Part shown: positions 52,632 to 64,000 of the stretch, one piece after another | Layout of the letters: each line of letters starts with the position of its first letter | Position numbering within the stretch: the first letter of the stretch is position 1 | Assembly (NCBI GenBank): GCA_030390025.1 | Contig: CM059433.1 | Coordinates: forward strand, 23,934,001-23,998,000 | Length of the DNA stretch: 64,000 bases | Direction: 5' to 3' | DNA from: Squalus acanthias | Lineage: Eukaryota | The notes under the pieces: model-generated | Told to the model about the DNA's origin: nothing | Database searches by the model: none | What the model saw: the letters and a program-made list of their open reading frames with translations, nothing else | Program-made: the position numbers and the translations under genes

Positions 52632-53085
52632 AATGTCATCATGAGGACCCCTTTTAAGAATGAGTTTTAAAAATTCTGCTTAACAATAACATTTGTTTAT
52701 TTTGGTCTATTTTCCATGATTTTTGTTTAGACTGGGAGTGCTAATGGTGTCGGGGGTACAGGTATGGAGGGGTAGCTACCCGCAGTACTCTGAGGGAGCC
52801 AACATTTACAGTTCATGCTTCTACCTCTACTGATTTTAATTCAAATCCTTTTAAGGCCACCCAGTAAATTGTTCAAGCTAATTCTGACTGATGTAATCAG
52901 TACTCAATGTAACTAAAACATTTTTAATAATTGTAAAATGTATAGCATAGATCAAGACAGAGAATGAAACTTGTGTTTAAAATTACAAAGATTAATCCTG
53001 GTGTGTGGAAAAATATCCCACAGCATTATTCCAGTCAATATTTCCTCAAAGAAATCCCACCCAATGTCTTCCTAGTAAGATGACC

Positions 53086-53208
53086 TTTACAGATATACTA
53101 GAATATATTGGAAGACGCTTCACTGATGTACTAGAATACATTGGAAGACGCTTCACTGATGTACTAGAACACATTGGAAGATGCTTCACTGATGTACTAG
53201 AATACATT
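53086..53208. repeat. 33-bp minisatellite, about 3.7 copies
   Basis: Unit CACTGATGTACTAGAATACATTGGAAGACGCTT repeated head-to-tail. Confidence 0.9.
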
Positions 53209-55336
53209 TATTAATTGCATTTATTCATTTTTAGACAGTAGTTTTCAAATGTGCCTGTATACTTACTACAGAACCTTTAATTCAGTCTCTACAAATGTTT
53301 TGTCAGTGAGATTTCTGTCTTTCTACCCTTGTGTGTTTTTAAGTTCCTAGCTATGTTTTCTGTAGTTTGTACGTCTTCTGCCCAGGTAAGATGAAGACTT
53401 TTAATCAGCCACTATTTTAAAGTGTACGTGTTAATATCCCTAAAGGGTTGTGTATTGGATAGACTGCAGGGGCGCAGCTGTTTGATCTGTTCCCTTGCTG
53501 ATTTTACTACTATCAGGGTAATGGCACAGGTTAAATACAGGCTGAGCAGGTTTTATAAATGTTACAGGAAAACTATATTTAGAAAAATATAGACAAATAA
53601 ATGTATTAAGCAGGCAAGTTATAAGACTCTGCTTATGGTACTGAGTCGTCATATGGGCCTCCCTCCCATTTTATTGAGGAACGTAGGTGAAAGGCCAAGG
53701 ACCGTAATTAGGACAACACTAAGATTGAAAAGAGAGAAATTAAGTAAATTCAGAAGTAGTCTTTAGGTAATACTTAACCTGTGGTTTAAAAGCCTGAAGA
53801 TTGTGGGAGCAGGGGAAGACTAAGGAAGGTTAAGAGGTCCACAGTTTAAGGGTGCTCAGGAAGAATGAGTTTGAGTGGGAGAGAGTGTACCGAGTGTTGA
53901 TTTCAACACAGTGAGGATGTAGGGAGAAGGAAGAGCATATAGCATGGAGAATTTGGACCTTGGGTGGCATGAGAGAGGAGCAATGACCACAATAGTGTAG
54001 ATAAAATAGAGGCAAGTGAGGTTGGAAACTAGAGGTGAGAGAAGGATCATCTATCAGATGACGGGGTTAACTGTCAGATTCAAAGTGAGAGCAAATTTCA
54101 TACGATGCATCGCTGATTTTATCGGCACATTTTTAGTTTAGTGTCAAATATGGGAAAAGAACTTGAGGCAAACTTCTTTTACCTTCCAAATAATTTTTAG
54201 TCTGAGCATTAATTGGATCTATTACTATATAGACTATGCTTATACACATGCTCAACAATAAATAAGTTGCCAGCTCCATTCTCCCCTAATATTGCTAAAA
54301 TAATCTGATGTTTGCCCATATCTTCACAAAATTACTTTGGCTCATGAAAACTGTATGCTTTAGGTTGACTCGGAGGCACAAATTGTTTTTTTAACAAACT
54401 GTTCTTTTGACTCTCCAACATGGGCTTGAATTGCTGAATACAAAGGAAGCTGGTTTATTTCCTCCTCTCACATTCTGATGGCTATTATGAATCCCAACAA
54501 ACTGCTGAACAATTTCACTTGTCACTAGTCACAATGAATTAAAATGCAAAAAATGTCATCAATGAGATCTCATACCAGCAACATAAAACCCGTAGAACAT
54601 GTTGAAGATTACCTGATGCCTCTGTAACATATACTCCAATTTTATGGAAAAATATAAAATGAGTGCACAAAGTGACCACATTTAGAATAGCAAAACAGTA
54701 ACTACTCTTGTTTCCTGTACAGTCAGATCATTTTCCCATATTTATAATTACAAGTCTCCTGCTGTTGTGTTTCCATGTTGTGGCTTTTGGAAAACATTAC
54801 TATCCATCCCTTATGTGTTACCTAATGAAAACAATACTGTTCACAATAATGCGATTTAACTGTGGTCTTCTTTAGCATTAGGATATATAGTTGACTGACC
54901 GTATGAAAAAGCCCTGAAGAATTGTTTTTCATTTTTAATAAATAGATATGGAAACTAATTCTAATACTGAACTTTCTACCGTGACGTTACTGCTTTGCAC
55001 TTCACTTCGCCTTGTGCCAAAATATTCAAAGTCTTATTCACTCTTGACACGGTCAGTGACTGTAAATGTTCAACTCCCATTGTTCTCTCCTTTCAATGTA
55101 TGTGTACAACAATAAAACAAAACCTGCAAGTTTTAGAGAAATTATGTGCAATTGTTATTTTTATAAATAAGAGTATAATAATAAATAGTGTACACACTCA
55201 TTGGCATATCAGTTGAGTCACTTTGTAGGGCTGTTTTATCAGGCATTGTACAACAGTTAAGAGTGCCTGAATGGTTTATCAACACGTCATGGTTCTAGCA
55301 CCAATGTCCCTGAAATACACACTTGTCTATGTTATT

Positions 55337-56092
55337 GGCCCAGAAATTAAACAGTGAGGGTTCCCGCGGGGGTAAGGAATCCCCGCGATATCGCACTCCG
55401 CGCCTACCTTTTTGCTCCGGGCCCACACGAACTTTAGTCTGAAAGGCTCTCTCTCTTGGAACCGTGCAGTGCTTGCGTGACCCAGAGACGCAATTAGTTC
55501 GTGCGAGCTCTGGGATCACGTGATTCAGTTAGAGCCAATGGCAGCACACCATCTTTCATTCATAGTTTTGACAGGAAGACCTGTCAAAGCTATGAATACT
55601 ATACCCCCCCCAAAAGAACAGCTAAACCTCAATTAATTTTTTTTTTAAAAGCCATCACATTAATAAAATAAGTATAGTTAAATAAATTAACCACTTTAAA
55701 CAAAAAATAAAATTTTTGAAAAAATTTAAAATCTTTTTAAAAGTTATAAAAATAAACGTACCTTTCTTTAAAGTCTCTAAAAAAGATAAACCTGTTGAAA
55801 AAAATTTAAAATAACACTTAATTAACTACTTACCTTGTAAAAAGGGGGTCCTACGCCTGCTTTCTTTATGTGTAAAATGTAATCCACTTACCTGCGCGTT
55901 CAAAGCTGAAAAAATAACTAAGTGCACTGCCTGTAGTGCACACGCGGTTCACTTAGGAACCGCCCCCTTTTGAATTCACGAAGTGCCGGTTTCCCGCGCA
56001 TGCGCAGTGCATGCAGGAAACCGGCAGTTGGAGACCTAATACGCGAGAGTACACAGTGCGTACTCTCGCGTATTAGGTCTAATTTTTGGGCC
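55337..56092. mobile_element. Harbinger-type MITE family B, copy 3
   Basis: TIR GGCCCAGAAATTA / TAATTTTTGGGCC; flanks ATT and AAT; shares internal layout with copies 1 and 2. Confidence 0.83.
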
Positions 56093-57574
56093 AATATTTT
56101 GAACATACATATTTATATTATTTTTACCATGTTCAGCATATAGATGATAAAGTATACTTCAGATGGGGGAACAGACTCCAACAATCGAATTATTTTTAAA
56201 TAAAACCATAACGACAGTGACGTTGGGGTGTTATCCGATTATAAAATTATATCACCAATCCAACGTTCTGCCATTTCCCCAAAACCCAACGGTGATTTTA
56301 TTCTTTCTTTGGGAGTGTATTTCCACTATCTTTTTCTGTTTATTTGTAAAGCAAAACAGTTGGACGTCAGAAGCATCCAAAACAGATGCCTTTAGAGTGG
56401 AAACTGAGTTTTGTCTTTATATATAATAGAATTTAATGTTAGTTGTGCAACTAAAATGATAATAAAGCCCTGGTTTACAAGCCATGTGAAGCTGTTTCAG
56501 TGCCTTTTTTTGGCAAGATGAGCATAATTTACATTAGAAATACTATAATTTAGCTGATCAAAATCAAAATTAATCTTCCTACATTATAAAATACAAGTCA
56601 GTTGCTGTAACCTCTGATTTGCATTAAAACAAACCATCTTTTACTAACCTGCCGGTAATAAAATGCTCAAACAGCAAATTGACAATTTCACTGGATGCAA
56701 AGTTAGATAAAAGAGAAAGCAAGTGACTAAACCTCAGTATTGTACTAAAACTCTGTTAAAATAAATCAAACACTATGGCCAAGAAATGCCGATGATTAAA
56801 TATTAATGTATACTGCTATTACGGTCCCAGAATTCCTGTGGTTGATCAGTTATCACGTGTTAATTCAACACTACTGCTGAAGCATTTCAGGCATGGAATT
56901 TAATGCCAAATTCATAAGCTTGTAACCCTTGTAAAGAAGTTGCTCCTTCTGGTTGAATGGTGCACTGAATAGTAGCGCAAATTACATGGGCAACAGCAGC
57001 TAAGCTTGTTAATGGCTGTTCAGCAATGTTGACCAAAATGCCTCAGTTTAATGTTTCACCTGACATGTGCAAGGATCTCCCTCAATTAAAGCTGCCATTA
57101 TAGTGGTCCTCAGAGCTGACTGAGTTCTTCAATGACACATGTTGGTTTGTTACTCCATTTACAATATTAATTGGTTTTTTTTTTAGGTTTCTATAGTTTT
57201 CTGTTCATTGACATCAATCTACCTTTTCCTTTGTGTTCAGGTTTTTATTCAGAATATTTGTGGGTAATGTTATTTTCAACTGTACGGAGATGAAAAGAGA
57301 AGGGAGGTGCATAGTCAACAATTCTTTCTGGCTGCAGAAAACTGAGATGATCCATCCACACTTGACATTACTCTATCCACTGGGTGTATCGCTAACATAT
57401 GGACTACCGCAACATGTCCGAGAAACAAAACCATCCTTCAGACGAGGCATTAATCTGAGGTCCCATTTATCTGTTCAGGTGAGCATTAAGCATCCTATGG
57501 TACTACTGCTCAAAGAGTAGGAAGTTCTTCCAATGTACTGGCCAGCATATCTCCCTTAACAAATACCACCAGTG

Positions 57575-58075
57575 TTTGTGTCAGCTTGGCTTAGTTGATA
57601 GGCACTCATAGTTGAGTCAGAAGGTTATGGGTTTGGGGTTTTAGCTCCACTCTCGGACATAAGCACATAATCTAGGCTGACACTGCAAATTAACACTGGA
57701 GTGTGCTCATTGTCAGTGGTGCCACCTTTTGGATGTCATTAAACAAAGACCATGTCTGCCTATTCTAGTGGTGACAGATGGACATCAAAGATCCTGTGTC
57801 ACTATTTGAAGAATAGAAGGTTCTCCTTGAGTGCTAGCTAACATTTCCTTTCAATTGACACCGTCAAAAAGAGATTAACTGGTCATTCAATTTGTGAGAT
57901 CTTGTTGTGCATAAAATGGCTGCCACGTTTGCCTACAAAGGTTACTGCGGTTCATTTAATGTATGTAATGTTTCTGGGATTTTGCCTAAATAGTTACTGC
58001 ACTCCAAAAGTAATTCAATATGTGAGATATTTTGGCAACATGATAAGGCGTTACATAAATGCAAGTATTCTTTTA
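57575..58075 (+). mobile_element. Diverged Deu-domain SINE
   Basis: Head TGAGTCAGAAGGTTATGGGTT, Deu-like core, ATAAATGCAAGT tail. Confidence 0.65.
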
Positions 58076-58496
58076 TTTTCAGTGTTTGAGAAGGCTGCAG
58101 CCAACCACGCCTTCCCTGACCAATCTCTGACACCTGTAACAGGAAGACCTGCAGCCATGCTCCATAATAAGGGGAAAATGGCAACTGCTTTAATTAGCCA
58201 TCTTGCAATCTCCATCAGCTTGCCTGAACAGCAGCACCAGCGGTACAGAAAGTTGCTTTCTTTCACTTTTGGCTTTCACGAGTTGCAAGAAGCAGTCAAT
58301 TGCGCTCACAAAGCCATTTGGAGCCAACATCTACAGTGCAGTGGCTAATGTAATAACTGTTAACCACTGGCAGCAGGTAAAGACAGGTAAGTAAACTGCG
58401 AGAGAATCAAATTCAGATCTGGTTTGTCAGGATTTCCTTAAAATTTGGTGGAATTCTCCTATCATGGATCTTGGAAGCTTGGCTTAAGTATCTGCG

Positions 58497-60035
58497 GTGA
58501 TTAGTTTAACATCAGTAATAATTAGGATGCTTGGGGGAATCATTAGGAATGCAATATATGAATGCTTGGATAGAGAGGGACATATTGGGGACACCCAACA
58601 TGGCTTCATAAAAAGGTCATGTCTTACAAATCTAATTGTATTTTTTGAAGAAATTACAAAGTTGGTGGATGCGGGAAGCCTAGTAGACATTGTCTACTTA
58701 GACTTCCAAAAAGCTCTTGATAAGGTACCACAGAAGAGGCTTTTCTGTAAGATCGAAGCCTCTGGTATTAGTGGTAATATATTGAGCTGGACTGAGAACT
58801 GGCTGGCAGGATGTAGGCAAAAAGTAGTTATAGATGGATTTGGATCTGTTTGGAGACCAGTCACCAGTGGTGTCCCGCAGGGATCAGTGTTGGGACCGTT
58901 ACTCTTTACTATTTTTATTACTGATCTGAATGTAGGTGTTGGGGGCACAATTTGCAAATTTGCAGATGATACCAAGATCTGTGCGAGTGTTAAGACTGTA
59001 GACGATGCTTGTCTGCTTCAGGCGGATCTTAATGTGTTGGGAAATTGGGCTCATGACTGGCAAATGATGTATAACTTGGATAAGTGCAGTGTTATGCATG
59101 TGGGCAGGGAAAATGCTCAACATTCATACACCCTTCAGGGAAAAGCATTAAAGAAGGTGGAGATAGAATGAGATTTGGGCATTCTAGTGCATACATCTTT
59201 AAAGGTACATGAGCAATGTCGTGAAGCGATAGCTAGAACAAGTAGGGTGTTGGGGTATATCCATAGGGCAACTGAGTAGAAGATGAGGCATACTGTTTTG
59301 TCCTTGTACAAGCCCTTGGTCAGGCCTCACTTGGAATACGGTGTCCAGTTTTGGTCTCCTCACATGGTGGGTGATATTGAGGCTTTGGAGAGGGTGCAGA
59401 GGAGGGCCACTAGACTAATTCCCAGTCTAAAGCACCTTAGTTATCAAGGTAGGCTAAAAGAGTTATGACTCTACACTTTAGAGAAGTGTAGACTTAGAGG
59501 TGATCTGATTGAGGTTTATAAGATAATGAAGGGAATATTTTGTATTCCAGTTGACAGTTTAATTCCATTAAATAGGTTAGGTAGGACCAGGGTCACAAAT
59601 TGAAGTTGTATAAGGCTAGATCTAGGTTAGATGTCAGGAGGTGATTCTTTTCCCAGAGAATAGTGGACCTCTGGAACAGGTGCCGGCTAATGCGATGGAC
59701 GCTGATTCACTAAATTCCTTCAGGCAAGGGCTGGACAGGTTTCTGGCTGGGGCGGAGATCACCTCTTACTAGTTACTGCAGGGAATTCAGGGCCAGAGTG
59801 ATCTCCTGGGCTAGTTTCAATCGCCTATATGGGTCGGAGAGGAATTTCCCAGACATTTTTCCTCCAAATTGGCCTGGGTTTTTTATCTGGTTTTTCGCCC
59901 CTCCCAGGAGATCACATGGTTTCGGGTGGGTTGGAGAGTGTATATATTGTGATACACAAGGCATCACAATTGTGAGAGACAGGCTCGATGGACCAAAGGA
60001 TCTTTATCTGTCCGTCATTGTTCATTTGTTCGTAT
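58497..60035 (+). mobile_element. CR1 LINE (distinct subfamily) RT region and long 3' UTR
   Basis: [33 protein letters not shown]; several stops. Confidence 0.88.
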
Positions 60036-61345
60036 GTGATGCTTCTATTAATCCACATAAGGTTTTGTCAGGCTCCCTTCATAAATTGGGAGAAGGAAAT
60101 GATCTTCCAAAGACCTTCTGGCAAATTAAGGTGAAAGATTGCTATGAATGCTGTGTACATGTATGCAGCTTGGTTTCAAACTTAGATGTTCTGCCAATTT
60201 TGGAATATCTATATCATATAAGGCTTGTTGATGGAAGCCTTTCTGAAGATCATCTGCTTGTGAAGAGGAACACCTTTCTCCAAGAATTATAACTATTCAC
60301 TAGCCAAGCCTTTGTTGACAGTGGGAAAGAGATTGGCTCAGTGTACATTTAACAGTGCGAAGAATTTTTATTGTCTTCGTCAGTCAGGGATCTCGTTGCT
60401 ATCTCCATCTCTAAATTCCTCCTGGACTCCAAGCAAATAGATTAAATTCAGAAAATAATCAACTGCTCCAAGAGAATGATAGACAGTTGAGAGACTGGAC
60501 TCTTTCGACTCTCTAAATGTCAAAAGTCTATGGGCAGTTCTTACTGAGATGACATTCTGGTGAATCCCATTATTGGCAAAGGAGATTCATGAGCTCTAAC
60601 TGTTTACAGCTGTTGGCTCTGGCCATAATGTTACTAAGTGGTTCTATAACTGATCTGGAAAGAGTCATTGCAGAAGATGAAAAAACTCCGCATTTGTTCC
60701 TAGAATGAATTACTGTGCTGTGCACCATCCATAACTGTTGCAGACTAAGTCTTGAAAGTAGAGAAGGACCAGATAAACAGCCTTCTATTGTAGTACTTTT
60801 ATGTGCCAGTGAGACATTGCAAGTTCAAAGGCCTTGAGGTCCAGTTGCTCTGCAGGTGGATGCAAAGTTCTATTTGGGAAGCAGCCTTCAAGATTAAAAT
60901 GTCGAAGACAATGTTTTTTTTTTGATGATCAGACACTTAAGTCCGAGAGGTGTGACATCAATAAGCACTTGAAACAATATCAAGACAGTGGAACTGAGCT
61001 GGATCGGTATAACTGTTGTATCATAGGACGGTAGTGGAATGCAATGATACGTAACAGGTAGCAATTATATTAAACTAACCAAAAATAGCTGATATTCTTA
61101 TTGTGAAGTTATTTCTTCTTTCCTGGAGTGGTCTTTAGAAAATGCAGTTTGAGATACCACCATCTATGACTGCCTGGAACTTGTTAGCTCACCTTCTGGG
61201 GTCGGAGAGGAATTTCCCAGAGTGTTATTTCCCCCTAAATTAGCCGAGGGTTTCTCCTCCAGTGTTTATCTGTCTTTCATGGGGGAAGGGGATAGATGAG
61301 GATCCTGTTGTACATGAGTTGCACCATGAAAGTATTGAACAGCTA

Positions 61346-61845
61346 ATCATAGAATATTACAGCATAGAAGGAGGCCATTCAGCCCATCGAGTCTGCACCG
61401 GCTCTTTTGAAGAGCAATCCAGTTCGTCCCACTCCCCCACTCTTTCCCCATATTCCTGCAATTTTTTCTCCTTGAAGTATTTATCCAATTCCCTTTTGAA
61501 AGCTACTATTGAATCTGTTTCCACCACCCTATCAGGCAGTGCATTCCAAATCCTCACCACTCGTTGCATAAAAAAGTTCTTCCTCATGTCACCTCTGGTT
61601 CTTTTGCCAATCACCTTAAATCTCTGCCCTCTGGTTATCGACCCTTCAGTCATTGGAAACAGTTTCTCTTTATTTACTCTATCTAAACCCTTCATGATTT
61701 TAAACACCTCTATCAAATCACCTCTTGGCCTTCTCTGCTCTATGGGGAACAACCCCAGCTTCTCCAGTCTATCACGTAACTATAATCCCTCATCCCTGGA
61801 ACCATTCTAGTAAATCTCTTCTGTACCCTCTCCAAAGCCTTTCCT
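61346..61845 (-). mobile_element. CR1 LINE 3' fragment
   Basis: DLIEVFKIMKG...RVVRIWNALP and 3' tail. Confidence 0.9.
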
Positions 61846-62354
61846 ATGTTTTCATACGTTTCAGATAATGCAAATGTAGCCAATTCCAGAAAATATAACC
61901 GCCATACTTCATATTTCCTTTTTTTTCATTTAACATGGACAAATAGAACTAATTTTCTAGAACTGAGTGCAAGTATAGGTAATGTACCCATTTATTACAA
62001 TAAACAAATGTGGAGAGAGAGTCTATTCATCTGGCTGCCAGCAAACTCTCAAATGATCTTGGACTCCTCAGCAAATCTATTCTTTTATATTCCCAATACC
62101 AGAATATCAATTTAAAACCTAATAGAAAATCTAAAAAGAAATTGCTAGACATTCTTGGATCGAAACAGTATATGTATTTGTATTCCACTGGTGAAGTAGA
62201 CAATTGTGGAATTAAAATATCATCAAATATATACTTTGCCATGCAAAGTCCTCTATTTAAAAATATATATTTGAATGACGTATTAGGTGGTGAATTGTAG
62301 TTATCTGCTTATTGTATTACAGTTTGGATCATACTTTTCACTGAAATCCAGAAC

Positions 62355-63100
62355 CACATAAGGAAGTCCTTGGGCCCATCGTGTTTGTGCCGGCTTTTTA
62401 CTAGAGCAATCCAAAACTAACTCTACTGCCCTGCTATCGCCCCATAGCTCTGTGTCTTCCTCTGCTTCAAATATTTATTCAATATTCCCTTAAGATATGC
62501 ACTAATCGCTGCATCAACCACTTTTATAGCAAAACATTTTGTGCTCCTGCATAAAGAAACTTCGCCTAACCCCTCACTTCACCATCAATTGCTCTCCAAA
62601 CAATAAAATAGTCTTTCCCTAGTCATTCCAACAAAACCTGTCGTAATTTGTTTAACTCTCTTAAATCTCCTTTTAGCTTTCTCTGCTTCAAAGGAAATAC
62701 TCTCAAGTCTCTCCTCATAACTGTGGAAGGATTGCCTTGTGCTCCTATGAGATGTTTTGAAATCTGTGGAAATGTCTGTTTTGAGCACGGTATTAACTTA
62801 TGTTCAGCTCAAACAAAGTTACAAAAGTTCTGTATTCACAAATGAATATAATAGCAGTTTCCCATCCCTGGTATCATCTTGATGAATCTATGCCGTACGC
62901 TCTCTATAGTTTTAATGCTCTTTCTATAATGGGGAACCCAAAACTACACACACTATTGTATAACTATGGCCTTACCAATGCTTTGTACAAAGTTATCTTT
63001 ACTCTTGTACTCCATGCTAATATTTACAAAGCCCAAATTGCTTTTGGCCTTTTATAATAACTTTATCTATCTGCACTTGCACCCCAAAATATTTTTTCAG
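62355..63100 (-). mobile_element. Degenerate CR1 3' fragment
   Basis: Diverged similarity to the other CR1 3' regions. Confidence 0.55.
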
Positions 63101-63794
63101 TACATTATTATATAGCTTGCTTTATATCATAACAAATTTAGTACAAGACTTGCCATTTAGCAAATGCTCAAATTATCTTGGGATCCAGATAGTGATTGAC
63201 AGGATCAGTCCTTCCTTCCCCCAACCACCTCCAATTTCCCACTTGCTCTATGCATTTACTCTGATCCATTCCATTGAAACACTGGGATGAACTGGGTGGG
63301 AAAGGGAATTGGGACAGATGCATGGGGATCGGAAAAGGAGACAAGTTGACAGACATGCAGCATTAGGAGAGGAAATTAGTTTGTTTTTCTAGTGTGTTCA
63401 AATTCAGCTTCTGTTCACAGTGTCACCTTGGAGTAAATGTACCACAGCCCTGCAAAGCATGACCAACTGGGTTCAAATCTGATATCCAGCAACAGAATCC
63501 AGATGGTCATGCTTTATAGGGTTGCAGTTCCAGCGACGAAGCCATGATAGGAGACTGCTATTGAACTCTCAAAACCATTATTAGTTCGGACAGCTACGAT
63601 AGGTAATCAGGCATGTAAAATTTATCGAGGGCTTGCCCAGAAAAAAAACGTAAGCTTTGCGCATCATAAATTTTGTTGGTTCAAGTACTGCTGCTAGCTT
63701 TCACCAACATGAATTTAACACAAACATAACTAAACAATTTCAGATATTTTCCTATGTTATAATAGGTCAGCTATTGAACTAATGAATACAAACT

Positions 63795-64000
63795 CATTTA
63801 CATAGAATTAAATTAGAATATACAGCACTGAAACAGGCCATTCGGCCCAACCAGTCCATGATGGCGTTTATGCTCCACTCGAGCCTACTTCCATCCTTCC
63901 TTATCGAACTCTATCAGCATAACTCTCTATTCCCTCCTCCCTCATCTGCTTATCTAGCTTCCACTTTAATGTATCTATACTATTTGCCTCAACCACTCCC
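63795..64000 (-). mobile_element. CR1 3' end (runs off window)
   Basis: ACAGCACTGAAACAGGCCATTCGGCCC terminal motif. Confidence 0.7.

Noticed and set aside
53086..53208. 33-bp repeats as a CRISPR array or coding repeat (FTDVLEYIGRR)
   Set aside because: Head-to-tail units with no unique spacers, eukaryotic intron, no cas genes or splice context; an ordinary minisatellite

Overview
Eukaryotic, repeat-rich vertebrate DNA. The repeat content (CR1 and L2 LINEs, Deu-domain SINEs, a Penelope-like terminus) points to a cartilaginous fish; this is inference. Two host genes lie tail-to-tail: the last seven coding exons of FBXO9 (+ strand, 4255-34750) and the last three coding exons of a GCM-family transcription factor, most likely GCM1 (- strand, 49327-38002; its upstream exons were not found in the window). 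The introns hold CR1 LINEs (two young, nearly intact, nested copies), at least nine Harbinger-type MITEs, most with 3-bp TSDs, SINEs, and a 189-bp Penelope-like insertion with a perfect 65-bp inverted repeat and a hammerhead ribozyme motif. Most notable: a U-UUA-AAC -1 slippery site joining CR1 ORF1 to an AUG-less ORF2, covarying hairpins in a MITE family, a 3-4 level transposon nest, and an inverted MITE pair bracketing four FBXO9 exons. Family names come from recalled motifs, not database searches; old repeat boundaries are approximate.
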